This document shows, in pieces, positions 52,366 through 64,000 of a stretch of 64,000 bases of DNA (position 1 is its first letter; the number at the start of each line of letters is the position of its first letter). Location of the stretch: positions 27,404,001 to 27,468,000 of the forward strand of contig OX597829.1 of NCBI GenBank assembly GCA_951406725.2, given 5' to 3'. Under the pieces are notes generated by a model. The model made no database searches. It saw only the letters and a program-made list of their open reading frames with translations, and was not told the DNA's origin. Source of the stretch: Octopus vulgaris. Lineage: Eukaryota. The position numbers and the translations under genes were made by a program.

Positions 52366-52428
52366 AGATAACCGAAGAGATGGTGTTGTGGATGTCCACT
52401 TCGGCATCTGAAACTCAGAGTTTTTTCT
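52366..52428 (+). ncRNA. Type I hammerhead motif, U4C variant
   Basis: AGATAA-CCGAAGA-GATGGTGTTGTGGATGTCCACTTCGGCATC-T-GAAACTC-A-GAGTT-TTTTCT; about 100 bp upstream of (TA)n. Confidence 0.68.
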
Positions 52429-52567
52429 TGACTATTGAGTAATTGTAACATATTATTTTATAGATAGATTTCCTCTATTTACATAATATTGAGGTCTCTT
52501 TCTTTCTTTTGTTATCTTACCGTTTTTACCAATATATATATGTATATATATATATATATATATATAC

Positions 52568-52704
52568 AGGGTTTAGAAAACCTGAAAGACCTCTGCTATG
52601 ATTGTGTGTGAATCTGAGAGAGGAATATGTTGAATAAAATCATAATTAACTGATCCTCCTGTATTTTCTTTTATCCAAAGCCAGGAACTTTTCAGCACCA
52701 CGTA
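52568..52704 (+). mobile_element. Mariner 3' terminal fragment
   Basis: CVNLREEYVE* resembles mariner C-termini (CIxxxGxYFE); TIR-like AACTTTTCAGCACCACGTA. Confidence 0.5.
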
Positions 52705-52739
52705 AATACATACGTACACACACACACACAGACACACAC

Positions 52740-52771
<32 letters not shown>

Positions 52772-53545
52772 TTGTGTGTGTCCGTGCGTTTGTGTGTGTG
52801 TGCGCGCGCGTGTGTACATGCATATGGAGGTATATATATATGTACACACACACCTACATACACATGCATACACACACACACACAAACATGCACGGACACA
52901 CCCAGACATACATACATACACCTATATACACACGCCCACACACCTACATACACATACATACATAAACACACATACACGGACACACCCATACATACTTACA
53001 TACCTACACCTATACACACACGCCTACACACCTACATACACACACATGCATACACACACACATGTACGCACATACACACACATATACGCACATACATATA
53101 TACCCACACACATGCACACACACACACATACGCACATGCATGCATGCATGCACACGCGCACACCTACACGCATACACACACACACACGCACGTACACATA
53201 CATACACACACACATATATACACCCATACACATACATGCATCCAACACACACATACATACACACTCACACATACATACACACAAACACACTCACTCACAC
53301 ACCTGTATGTACGCGCACACACATGCACATACATACACTTCCACACACCCACACGTACATACATACACACTCATACACATACACACACACACACACACGG
53401 ACATACATCTATGCACACACATATATACACACATACTCACATACATTCATCGGACACACTGACACCCAGACATACACACAGACACACTCACACATCCACA
53501 CACATACATACTTACGCGCATACTCGCAGGCGCGCGCACACACGC
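52705..53545. repeat. Degenerate (CA)n/(TACA)n low-complexity tract
   Basis: Direct reading; explains the 456-aa H/T/Y ORF. Confidence 0.92.
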
Positions 53546-54185
53546 GCTTGCGCCGGTTCGCGCACGCATACGCGCTGCATGCACCTCGCTCTTGGACCCG
53601 ACGAGACCTCCCGCTCGTTCCTGGGACCGTCGCCTGTCGTTGGGTTCTCCCCGCCCGTCTCCGCGGGACCACTCTTCCATCTTCCCCTCAGCTGGAGTCC
53701 TTTTTCCTTAACCCCCCCTTTTTTTGTTACACACACGCGCACACATACACACACCCACTCACACACACACACTACTACTCAACACACGCTGGCACGCTAC
53801 ATACGCCCCCACCCCTTCCCCTCCCTCCCTTCCTCCTTCATTCATTTTCTTACTACTGACCACTGTCTGCTATGCCTACTACTGTCTCGCCCTACCTCAC
53901 ACGCCTACACACAGACGCACACACTAACACATACATATATTTTTTGTTTTTTTATCTCGCCTCACACACACATACACACACGCACACGCACACACTCACA
54001 CATACACACACATCTGTTGCGTTACCAACCCTGTCTCCACTCTTTTGGCTTTAAAAACCTACTTTGCTCTTGTTATCGTAAACTTCCGCCTTTCACCATG
54101 TGTACTTCGTAAACACCAGTCGTTTTTTTCTCCATCTCCTGTTGCCCACTTTGGGATCTTTCTTTCCTCTCTCTTCCTTCTTTAT

Positions 54186-54220
54186 GTTTCCGACGAAGAG
54201 CTCCGCTCGAAACGTCATAC
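54186..54220 (+). ncRNA. Minimal Penelope-type hammerhead motif, U4C variant
   Basis: GTTT-CCGACGA-A-GAGC-TCC-GCTC-GAAACGTC-ATAC; palindromic ACGT stem III; about 100 bp upstream of (TA)n. Confidence 0.7.
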
Positions 54221-54309
54221 CTTCCTGCTTCCATATTTCCTGAGCGCCTATTAATAATAATACTGTAATTGTTCCACTGTTGTTGTTTTTTTGTTTTCCC
54301 GTTTGGATT

Positions 54310-54376
<67 letters not shown>

Positions 54377-54802
54377 GAGAAGGGGACAGAGATAATAGGT
54401 AAATATATGTATACAAACACACACATTTATATGATTAATTCAGTTTGAGATTAATTAAGAAGAACAATGTATATATGTACATCATACACACATCATACCA
54501 TGTAACCCCTTCGTAATAGGTTGTTTTCCCTTTCCTTTTTCCTTTTTTTTTGTTTTTTTTCCCCATTGATCGTATATTATAACGCTTTATGACAAAGGGA
54601 AAAATTTACTTCCACAAATACTTTATGCTGTGAGAAAAACAACACAGTGTAATAAATTTGACCCAAATGAATATTTTTAAAGTCTATTGAATACTTGTAT
54701 ACGATATGGACGTATCTAGAACAAAGATTGTCGATAAAGATGAAAGATTAGCAAAAAAAGCAGATGTTTCTCTGTTTTTTTCTGTTTGTTTGTTTTTTTT
54801 TG

Positions 54803-55129
<327 letters not shown>

Positions 55130-55387
55130 TGTTGGTTTATTGATCAACCATGGCGAATCGCAGAGTATGGTGGTTGAGTGGGAAAATTAGCAGAGCGCCA
55201 GACTTACTGGCCTGTTACATTTCTTTACCGTACTGCATTGAAATCCCACCGCAATAGATAAAATGAGCAACAGTCACGTAATGCTCTTTCCTATTATGAA
55301 TCGACTATTCACTTCCGACCAAATATGTGACCTTGACCTCACCTTATAAACCATCGCCGACATCATCATCATCATCATCATCCGAGT

Positions 55388-55545
55388 AAGCAGAATCGTT
55401 AGCACGTCAGAAAAAAAAAATGACATGCGACATTTTCTTCCAACTCTTTATGTTCTATGTTCAAATTTCACCGAGGTCATCTTTGGTTTTCATCCTTTCA
55501 GGATCGATAAAATAATGTTCCAGGTAAAATAAAGTACCGGGCAAA
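55388..55545 (+). mobile_element. Degraded SINE family B
   Basis: GCAGAATCGTTAGCACG, GTTCAAATTTCACCGAGGTC, TTTCATCCTTTCAGGATCGATAAAAT. Confidence 0.7.
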
Positions 55546-55679
55546 ATAAGGTACCGGCATTCTCCTCCCACCCCCACTTTTTTCCGATCGTTCCCCATAC
55601 TTTATGTCCGTCTTTGTATTTCCCCCCTTATCTGTCACCCTGGTGGCAAGTAAAATAAATCATCATCATCATCAACATC

Positions 55680-57056
55680 ATCATTTTGGTTTGTCTCAGG
55701 CTTCAGTCTTATTCTTGATAGGGATTCTGTTGATAGCGGGTTACTACCCGTGACCTTAGGTATCCGCAAGCTTCCAGCAGTCTTTCAAGTGCTAAAGACC
55801 CTCGTGATAATCCTTACTGTCCATAAGAGATAAACTTTCTGTAGAAGCTCTACAAGGCATTCTATTTCAATCCCCAGTCATTTGTCTATATCTTGGCTTA
55901 CTGTTCCCAACGTACCAAATATTATTTCAAATTTTAGGATTTTGTATTTGTTTTGTTTTTCTTCCTCTTTCTTTACGATCCTGGAATCAAATGGGCATGA
56001 TGGGTCGATAAGTAAGCAAATTCGCTGTTCTTTATCTATGATTGTAATATCTGGTTTATTGTTTTCTAATTTCTTGTCCGTTTCAACAGGAAAGTCCCAC
56101 AAAATCTTATATTTCTCTGGCTGTAATACTCTTTCAACTCGATGGTGTTTCCGGCTTTAAATCCTCATTTATGGCACTGTTTCCAGGGTAAAACTTTTAC
56201 AACCTGGTCGTGCTTCCATTTCTTATATTCTTCCTGTGTCAACTTGGGGCATTCTGCCACAATGTGTGCCACTGTCTCGTTCCCAGTTCCACAGGCTCTA
56301 CACTTTTCTGACACATTCTCTCCATATATATTTTTTTTCTCAAGTTGTTTGCTTTTATTGCTTGATCTTGGGCTGCTACATACAATTAGGCTCTCTGTTT
56401 CTGTTTTTTAATTGCCCCTTTTTTTCAATCAAGACCAGGATTTTGTCCCGCATACATCTTCAGTGGCTCTCCATATTTGCCCATGCCAAGGTTTCTCTTT
56501 GCATTTCATTCCTGTCCTTTTCTCCTATTACGCGCTTCATCACCCGTTCTTTATTAACTACCTTTAGTAATTTTTCAGTGCTGCTCTGTAAATACTCTAC
56601 AAGTTTCTTTATTTCGTTTCTGGTCCAGTCTATTATTCCAACTCCATATCTGATTAAGGGTACTGCTCTTAAATTTATTGCTTCAATGAGATTTTTGGAA
56701 TTTAGCTTTGACACAGTTATTTTCTGACTCTCCTTGTATACTCCCTACCAGTAATTTATTTCATTTTTTCTCTCATCTGCTTCCAGTATTCCCAAGTACT
56801 CATACCACTATTTTTTCTCAAACCGCTCTCATTGCTTGCCCATTTGGCATTACAAATCCCCGGTTTCTTTCAAATCTTGCTCGTTTCATTTTCAATATAG
56901 CTCAATTCTCTACCCCAAATTCCATACCTACATCATTTGAGAAAATGCGGATAGCATGTACAAGACTTTCAGGTTGTTTCATTTTGCGCATAAATCTTTA
57001 TATCCTCCATAAAAAGATGATTTATCTCACCATTTCCTTTTCCCAAATCGTTAGCA
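55680..57056 (-). mobile_element. Dong/R4 LINE fragment with internal deletions
   Basis: INHLFMEDIKIYA, SKLNSKNLIEAIN, LWDFPVETDKKLENNKPDITII..IDPSCP; bounded by (GAT)/(AAT) tracts. Confidence 0.88.
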
Positions 57057-57175
<119 letters not shown>

Positions 57176-57224
57176 TATCATTATCATTATTATTATTGTT
57201 ATTGTTGTTGTTGTTGTTGTTGTA

Positions 57225-59870
57225 TACACACAACAGATTAGGATGTTGGAAAAGAAAAAATTCTAACATCGGGTTATAACAAGTAACTTTAGATACCAAG
57301 AACTCTCCTAAGTATCTTAGCTGTCCCTAATAACCCTGTTTTCTGGCGTTGTACTAAACAGGGTTTTATGCCTATTTCCTCTATCCATCTGTTCAGATAT
57401 TTACCGATAGTTCTTAATGCTCCTATAACTACTGGAATAGATTTTACCCGCACTTTGCATAGTCTCTGTAATTCCATGGCTAGCTCTGGTACTTTACTAT
57501 TTTTCTATACCTCTCATATTGATTTTTTTCATCATTTGGGACCGTAAAATCAATTTGGTACTTTTCACTCTCTTTATCTACTACTACTAAATCAGGCCTT
57601 CTAGCTTCTATTACTCTGTCAGTCTGAATGTTAAAGTCCCACATCTTGTATTTCTTACTTTCTAGTACTTTACTATGTTCATGGTCATACTACTTATTAT
57701 GGTCATACCATTTACTATGTTCAAATCCTAGCTTTCTACATAACTCCCAGTCGACTACTCTCCCTAGTTTGTCATGTTTTTTCTTGTATTCGTTCTGTGC
57801 CAGCATGCTACATTCATTTGCTGTAGGAGTAACACTTTCCTCATTTGATTTGCATAACTTACATTGGGAATCTACTTGGTTTTTGTCTATCTTGGCTTTT
57901 ATCCAATTAGTCCTTAATGCTTGATCGTATGCAGCTACTAACAAATTTTCTGTCTCCCTTTTCAGCTTTCCTTTCTGCAACCACAGTCATGCCACACTAC
58001 TACTATTTGCTGCGACTATCTTTGGGAATCTGCCATGTAACGCCTTCTCCTGCCAATTAGATAATTTATGTTCTTTTTTCTGGTTTTTAACTTCGTTTGG
58101 ATTTTTAGTTTTCCTATGTTTTGCTATGACTCTAGCGGTTTTCAGTAAACTTCTTCACTATTACCTACATAGGAGTCTATATCTACACTAGCTAACTCCA
58201 CGCAGTCTTCTACTGATATTAACCCTCTTCCACCTTCCTTTCTAGGTAGGTATAATCGTGTTACTCCTACTCTTGGGTGGAGTCCTCCATTCATATTGAA
58301 TTCCTTCTTAGTTCTTTTGTCTAGCTCTGCTAATTCAGATTTTGTCCAATCTATAAAAACTGTTGAGAAAGTAATGACACTGCCCAAGTATTTACAGCTT
58401 TCACTAGATTCTGACCATTTAGCTTTGACTTCATTAGCTTTCTCACCCTTCTGATGTACTCCTTCACAATTTTCGTTTTCATTTCTATAGTTAGTACTTT
58501 GTCAAATTCTAATACTTCTAGATACTTATAACTCTCTCCTACTTTCAGTGATTTCAATGTCTGGTCATCTGGTAATAGGATAACTTCGCTGTTGACAACC
58601 TATCCCCTGCTCACGACAAATATTGTACACTTATCTATGCCAAATTCCATGCCTATATCTGTGCTGAAGACTCTTACAGTCTGTATTAAGGAATCTATTT
58701 CTTTTTCATTCTTACTAAAATGCTTCAGATCATCCATGTAGAGCAAATGGTTATTTTTTCCATTACAATTTCTGAACTGATACCCTGTCTTTGCCTTCCT
58801 TATTACTAACCTGAGGGAGATCAACATACGACAAATATTAAAGGGGACGAGTCTCCTTGGAAAATTCCTCTTTTGATATTAACTTTCCCTAAGAGTATGT
58901 CACCTGAGTAGAGATCTACTTTCCATTTCTTCATGCTAAAGCTAATTAATTCTCTTATGTTGTCTGCTATTCTGAATATACTCAAACATTCACTTATCCA
59001 TGAGTGTGGGAACATGTCATAGGCTTTCATATAATCTATCCATGCTATTGTTAGATTTTTGTTTGTAACTTTTAATTCATTTAAAACTGTCTTGTCTATA
59101 TATAATAGATCATGCGTTCCTCTAGCCTTCTTCCAGTAACTTTTGTGTTCTTCTGGTAGTAAATTCTGGTTGTCAAGGTGCTCGTAAAAGCTTTCTGAAA
59201 GCATTCCTGTTAACAGCTTCCACACTAATGTTAAGCAAGTGATTGGTCTATAGTTGCTTGCTGTATTACCCTTGCTCTTATCTTTCATGAGTATTGTACT
59301 CGCTCTAGTCATCCAATCTGGTATTATTCCTCCATTAAGGCAATCCTGAAGTTGCTCCCTCAGTCTCCCATGTAGATTACTAAATTTCTTTAGTCAGTAG
59401 CCTTGAACTAAATGGGGTTCTGGCCCTTCTAATTCGGCATTTTTCCTAACACTCATTAATGCAGTAGTTAGTCTTAGATTTGGCTGCTTCTCCCGCACTA
59501 TTTCTTCCCTTACTTTCTTTAACCATGCAACATCTCTATTATGACTGACTGGCTTATCCCAAATATTACTTCAGAACTTTCTAGCTTCTTCTGCATTAGG
59601 TTTTTCATATTCAGTACTTCATTTTCCACTATTTATTTAGTTATAAAATCTCCTCTGGTGTGTCTCAAATAGTCTATTCTGTTGATACTGATATATTCTT
59701 TTCTGATATCTACAGAGTTTGCCTGCTACTGCTTCGATATGCTAGTTCCAATCTTCTATTACTATTCCAAATTCCTTCTCTTTGACTAAGTATATTTTCT
59801 CAAGGGAAGATTTAAATCTTGTGTTTCCTAACTTGTTCGGTTTCCAGGCTCCTATTCTACTCAGATCTTG
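57225..59870 (-). mobile_element. Long Dong/R4 LINE pseudogene (RT, CCHC, endonuclease, 3' UTR)
   Basis: ASNYRPITCL, AWIDYMKAYDMFPH, RGIFQGDSSP, HLLYMDDLK, LYLPRKEGGRGL, CKLC..HD, IPVVIGAL..LLGTAKILRRVL. Confidence 0.93.
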
Positions 59871-59879
59871 TTTTTCATT

Positions 59880-60720
59880 ACATGTTTTTTGGTGATTTCT
59901 GGTGGGAAGGCATTGATCTTGTGCTGCAATTAAAAGTCTTTCAGTCTCTGCTTTGATTCCTGAGCATCTCAGCCATTGTTGGGATTTTGCTTTGGCTATT
60001 TCTTTTCTGATCAGCTTAACCCAATGTTTGCCATGTATGGGCTTTTCTTGTCATCGTTTTAACATGATACGTTGCTGTTCCAGTTTTAGTTTGGATTTTA
60101 GTTTTGTTTTACAGCTTTTGTTGATTCTTCTTTTTCTTCATAGATGTTAGGTATTATGACTTCTTTTTTGTACTTGTCAGCTTCCTTTTGGGTGGTGCAT
60201 CCTAAAACCTGTCATTATTTTTCTTGCCCTCTTGTGTTTTGATTAGTTAATTTTGAGTCCAGTTAAGAATATTGTAGTCGTAACTTATAACTTGGACGGC
60301 TAGTGTTGCTACCTATTATGTTGTTTTTAGCATTGAGCTCTGTTTTCAGTGTTAATTTAACTCGTCTATAGTATTCCTTTCTTATCTTCTCTTTCATTTA
60401 TGTGTTGCATCGTATCTAGTCCAATGATTCCTAAGTATTTTTGTCTGGCTTTGATCTAAATCTCTTATTTGCTTTATCAAGTGTGATGTTGCTACTCTTA
60501 ACTAGTTTTCCTCTTTTCAAAGTTGCTTTGGCACATTTTTCTAAGCCAAATTTCATATTTATTTCTTTGGTAAATCTATGTACTGTCTGTAGTAATGTTT
60601 CCAGCTATTTATCATTTGTAGCGTACAGTTTTAGATCATCCATATGGTTGATTGTTTTGCCGTAACATTTGTATCCACATACAATTCTTTTTAGCATGTC
60701 AGATAAAGATGTCAGTGCCA
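59880..60720 (-). mobile_element. Further Dong/R4 RT fragment from a different family
   Basis: KTINH..MDDLKLYATND..LLQTVHRFTKEINMKFGLEKCAK; KLTLKTELNAKN. Confidence 0.8.
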
Positions 60721-61029
60721 AGCTGAAAAAGAGTGTCACTCTGGAGGTGAAACCCATGTCTCCAGAGGTGAATTATTCAAACCTTAAAGAATTCCTCTCA
60801 ACACATGGTTATGATACTTACTAATGGAAGAATTAGAGCTAGCTACCCTGTAAGACGATAACTGGTCTGAGAGAAAACTAGAGAACAGTATTCAGTAAAC
60901 TGACTTTTGCTAATGTTTTGTCCAACGGGAAGATCCTTGATATGAAATATTTTCCTAAAGGATATAAGGCATGGTAATATTTTGTACACCGAAGTAGGAC
61001 CTTTTCTTTCACAAATAATTACCCGTGAA

Positions 61030-61330
61030 GTATGAAAAAAAATTAGGTTTCGCAGTCTAAAAATTAAACACAAACGAATTTCTGATCTCATGCAAACTCG
61101 AAATGGCGATAGTCATGACATATTTTAAATAAACTCTCTTTCATTTGAAAGGAGAAAACACGCCAATATATGTGTCGTTTTTAAAACAGATTATGGGGCA
61201 AAAACTAAAGCTCAGACAGTACGCGAAACGTTTGTTCATAAGCTGGTCCCACAATATATGGGAAGGTAGAATACAAAGGTTTCTGTTAGAGATATTGATG
61301 ATAATGTAGAACTCAGTTTAGTAGTCACCT
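61030..61330 (+). pseudogene. Possible LINE ORF1 remnant
   Basis: Largely open frame with KLVPQYMGR*NTKVSVRDI, recalled as similar to Tx1-type ORF1; not verified. Confidence 0.25.
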
Positions 61331-61442
61331 TTAAAGTAAAAACTGTACACTTATCTAATCCAAAATGTTCTTGGTTAATATTCTTACTTTTTGATGAAGA
61401 AAATTCGAGGCCTTTTCATCTTTGGTGTATAGTTTGAAGTCG

Positions 61443-61533
<91 letters not shown>

Positions 61534-61765
61534 GTCCGCCTGTCTGCCTGTATGTCTGTCCGTCTGTCTGTCATCTGTCTATCTGTCTTCTGTCTGTCTG
61601 CCTGCCTTCCTGCTTACCTGCTTGTCTGCTTGTCAGTCTTCCTACCTACCTATCTACCCATCTACCTATCTAACTATCTACCTATCTAATAACTTATCTA
61701 CCCACCCATCCGTCCGTCCGTCCGTCCATCAATCTGTCTAACCATCCAACCATCTAGCTACCTAT
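61443..61765. repeat. (TCTA)n grading into (TCTG)/(CCTA)/(CCAT) repeats
   Basis: Direct reading. Confidence 0.92.
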
Positions 61766-62377
61766 AGCAGATCCTTTATTTTCTCCCTAGTTTTAGCCAG
61801 CTCATAGAAAGGACTGAATTTTTTTCTGTGTTCTTGTCAAAGGGTCAACGACACCACGAAAGCTAATATAATAGAGGGTGAGCGAGTCTCCTCGAAATGT
61901 ACCCACCACCGTATTTTCACATTTCCTAATGATTCATTTCCGCACTTTAGACAACTTCCTACAATCTCATCATTCTTTCTATAAGGTCATTAATATTCTC
62001 ATTGACCCCGAAGAATTCTTAAACACTCCAAGAGCCAACAGTGTGGGACATTAAAACACTTTTTTGCAACCAACAGTTAACTTCTTTCTATTCGTACATC
62101 GTTTAATAAGCGATAAATATACAAGGGAACAGCAGTTCCCCTTATTTCTGCATACCATTTCGTGGTCTGCTTGTAGATTATCCCTCTTGAGAAAGCTATA
62201 CAATTCATCTAGTATAAGAATAATGGTAAGCATGTGATAAGCATGTTGATTTACCCTCTTTTCATTCTCCCTCGGTAATGACATACTTTCTCTCTCTCTC
62301 TCTCGTGTCGTGCACACTTGTATTACATTTTCTATAATGTCAGTAAGAAACAGTTGTATTTAGTTACTGTTTTACTG

Positions 62378-62595
62378 TTTTATTTCTTTCAGTCATTTGA
62401 CTGCGGTCATGCTGGAGCACTGCCTTTAGTCGAGCAAATCGACCCCGGGATTTATTCTTTGTAAGCCTAGTACTTATTCTATCGGTCTCTTTTGCCGAAC
62501 CGCTAGGTTACAGGGACGTAAACATACCATCATCGGTTGTCAAGCGATGTTGGGGGGACGAACACAGACACACAAACATATACACACACACATAC
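62378..62595 (-). mobile_element. SINE family A 3' half
   Basis: Reverse complement of the family A tail. Confidence 0.88.
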
Positions 62596-62624
62596 ATATA
62601 TATATATATACATATATATATATA

Positions 62625-63299
62625 CAACTTATAAATAAGGGCAACAGAAAAAAATTCTAATGCCAAATATGCCGAAACCAGACACATTGTCCATAACCAT
62701 ATAATTTATTACAATAAGCACGTTACTCGAAGAAAGCCGACAGAAATTTCTAAAAAATTCCGTTATTACCATATCAGACCCATTTCAGAGTTAGTTCATA
62801 AGAACCTTCCCATCGTCAGTGATAAATGCGGCAAAGAAATAAATGAAATACTTACTTATACCCATGGAAGAAGCAAACACTTCGAGTAACGTGCTTATTG
62901 TGATAAATTATATGGTTATGGACAATGTGTCTAGTTTCGGCATGTTTGGCATTAGAAATTTTTTTCTTTTGACCTTATTTATAAGTTGTTTATAAATTTA
63001 ACCTTTAAGGTATTTTTTAATATGCTGGCCATCGATAAAACTTTTTTCGAAAAATTTTATCCTATATTAGATGTAAATTTAATAGTGTTCACTTCCGGAC
63101 TCTCTCACTCTGTGAGAGTTTCAGTTCGAATCGCACGTGTCTCGAATGGGCTGGAGAATTTATATTGTGGATATATTTAGGGTACTTAATTGTGCTCATG
63201 ACTTAGTGTTTGTTTCTTCCATGGGTATAAGTAAGTATTTCATTTATTTCTTTGCCGCATTTTTCACTGACGAAGGGAAGGTTCTTATGAACTAACTCT
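62625..63299. mobile_element. Penelope-pLTR-like structure with two overlapping inverted-repeat pairs
   Basis: 62625-62730 mirrors 62881-62988; 62787-62881 mirrors 63206-63299; intervening KTFFEKFYPILD resembles a Penelope ORF end. Confidence 0.75.
62772..62824 (-). ncRNA. Type I hammerhead ribozyme motif
   Basis: Minus strand TATCA-CTGACGA-TGGGAAGGTTC-TTAT-GAACTAACTCT-GAAATGG-GTC-TGATA; perfect 5-bp stem I; partial + copy near 63260-63299 has A at the first stem II position, restoring an A-U pair. Confidence 0.8.
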
Positions 63300-63718
63300 A
63301 TTGTTACATCCACACCCTTTTTTCCCTCCCTATGCAATGTAAAATTCACTGAAGGGCAAAAGGTAGTCCTGTAAAAGTATGAGGTGGTCACGACTGGAAC
63401 ATACTTGATCATACATCTGGTCGATGTAACGCCACCGACAACATTGTCACACACACACAAAAACAAACCACTGTTCCTTCCTTAAATCTCCATAATTCCA
63501 TCTCCAATCTCACCTTTTTCTACAAGGATTTATTTCTTCGATGAGTTATATTTTTCTTTTAATTAAATATTTATTTATTTGTTTATTTGTATCTGCTGAT
63601 GATGTTAGACTTTTCGTATCTTTCGCATTTCGTTGCTATGGTACTTGGAGATGTCTTTCTAGATATCGGTCAAAGTATAATGTAATGTAAAAGATATGTG
63701 TGTATGCGTGTATGTGTG

Positions 63719-63752
<34 letters not shown>

Positions 63753-63916
63753 CATGTATGTATGTTTATAAAACATTACATGCAAATATATACGTGTATA
63801 TATACATATATAATACACAAACATGTATTTGTATATATATATATATACATATATGTATTCATGCATGTGCATATATACATATATAATGCAGAGATATGTA
63901 TATCAATTTAGACACA

Positions 63917-63969
<53 letters not shown>

Positions 63970-64000
63970 ATATATATATGAGTGTGTGTGAGTGTGTGTG

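Noticed and set aside
52742-54112. 456-aa ORF, longest in the track
   Set aside because: H/T/Y low complexity from (CA)n/(TACA)n; no domain recognised

Overview
AT-rich eukaryotic, non-genic (intergenic or intronic) window dominated by microsatellites and decayed transposons. The repeat inventory (tRNA/CORE-type SINEs, many Dong/R4 LINE pieces in (AAT)n, Penelope, RTE, mariner, maT, pogo, hAT, MULE, Helitron, Gypsy) suggests an octopus or other coleoid genome; that assignment is an inference. No intact host gene is evident and most long ORFs in the track are microsatellite artefacts. The main unexplained signal is about ten type I hammerhead-ribozyme (HHR) motifs from several unrelated sequence families. 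They sit in long palindromes or tandem repeats next to (TA)n, and include a 492-bp retrozyme-like tandem unit, a two-copy U3:A8 compensatory core variant in a Penelope terminal repeat, and three families with U4C. A foldback MITE carries telomere-type TTAGGG repeats. All calls were made by eye; boundaries of degraded elements are approximate and no ribozyme activity is demonstrated.
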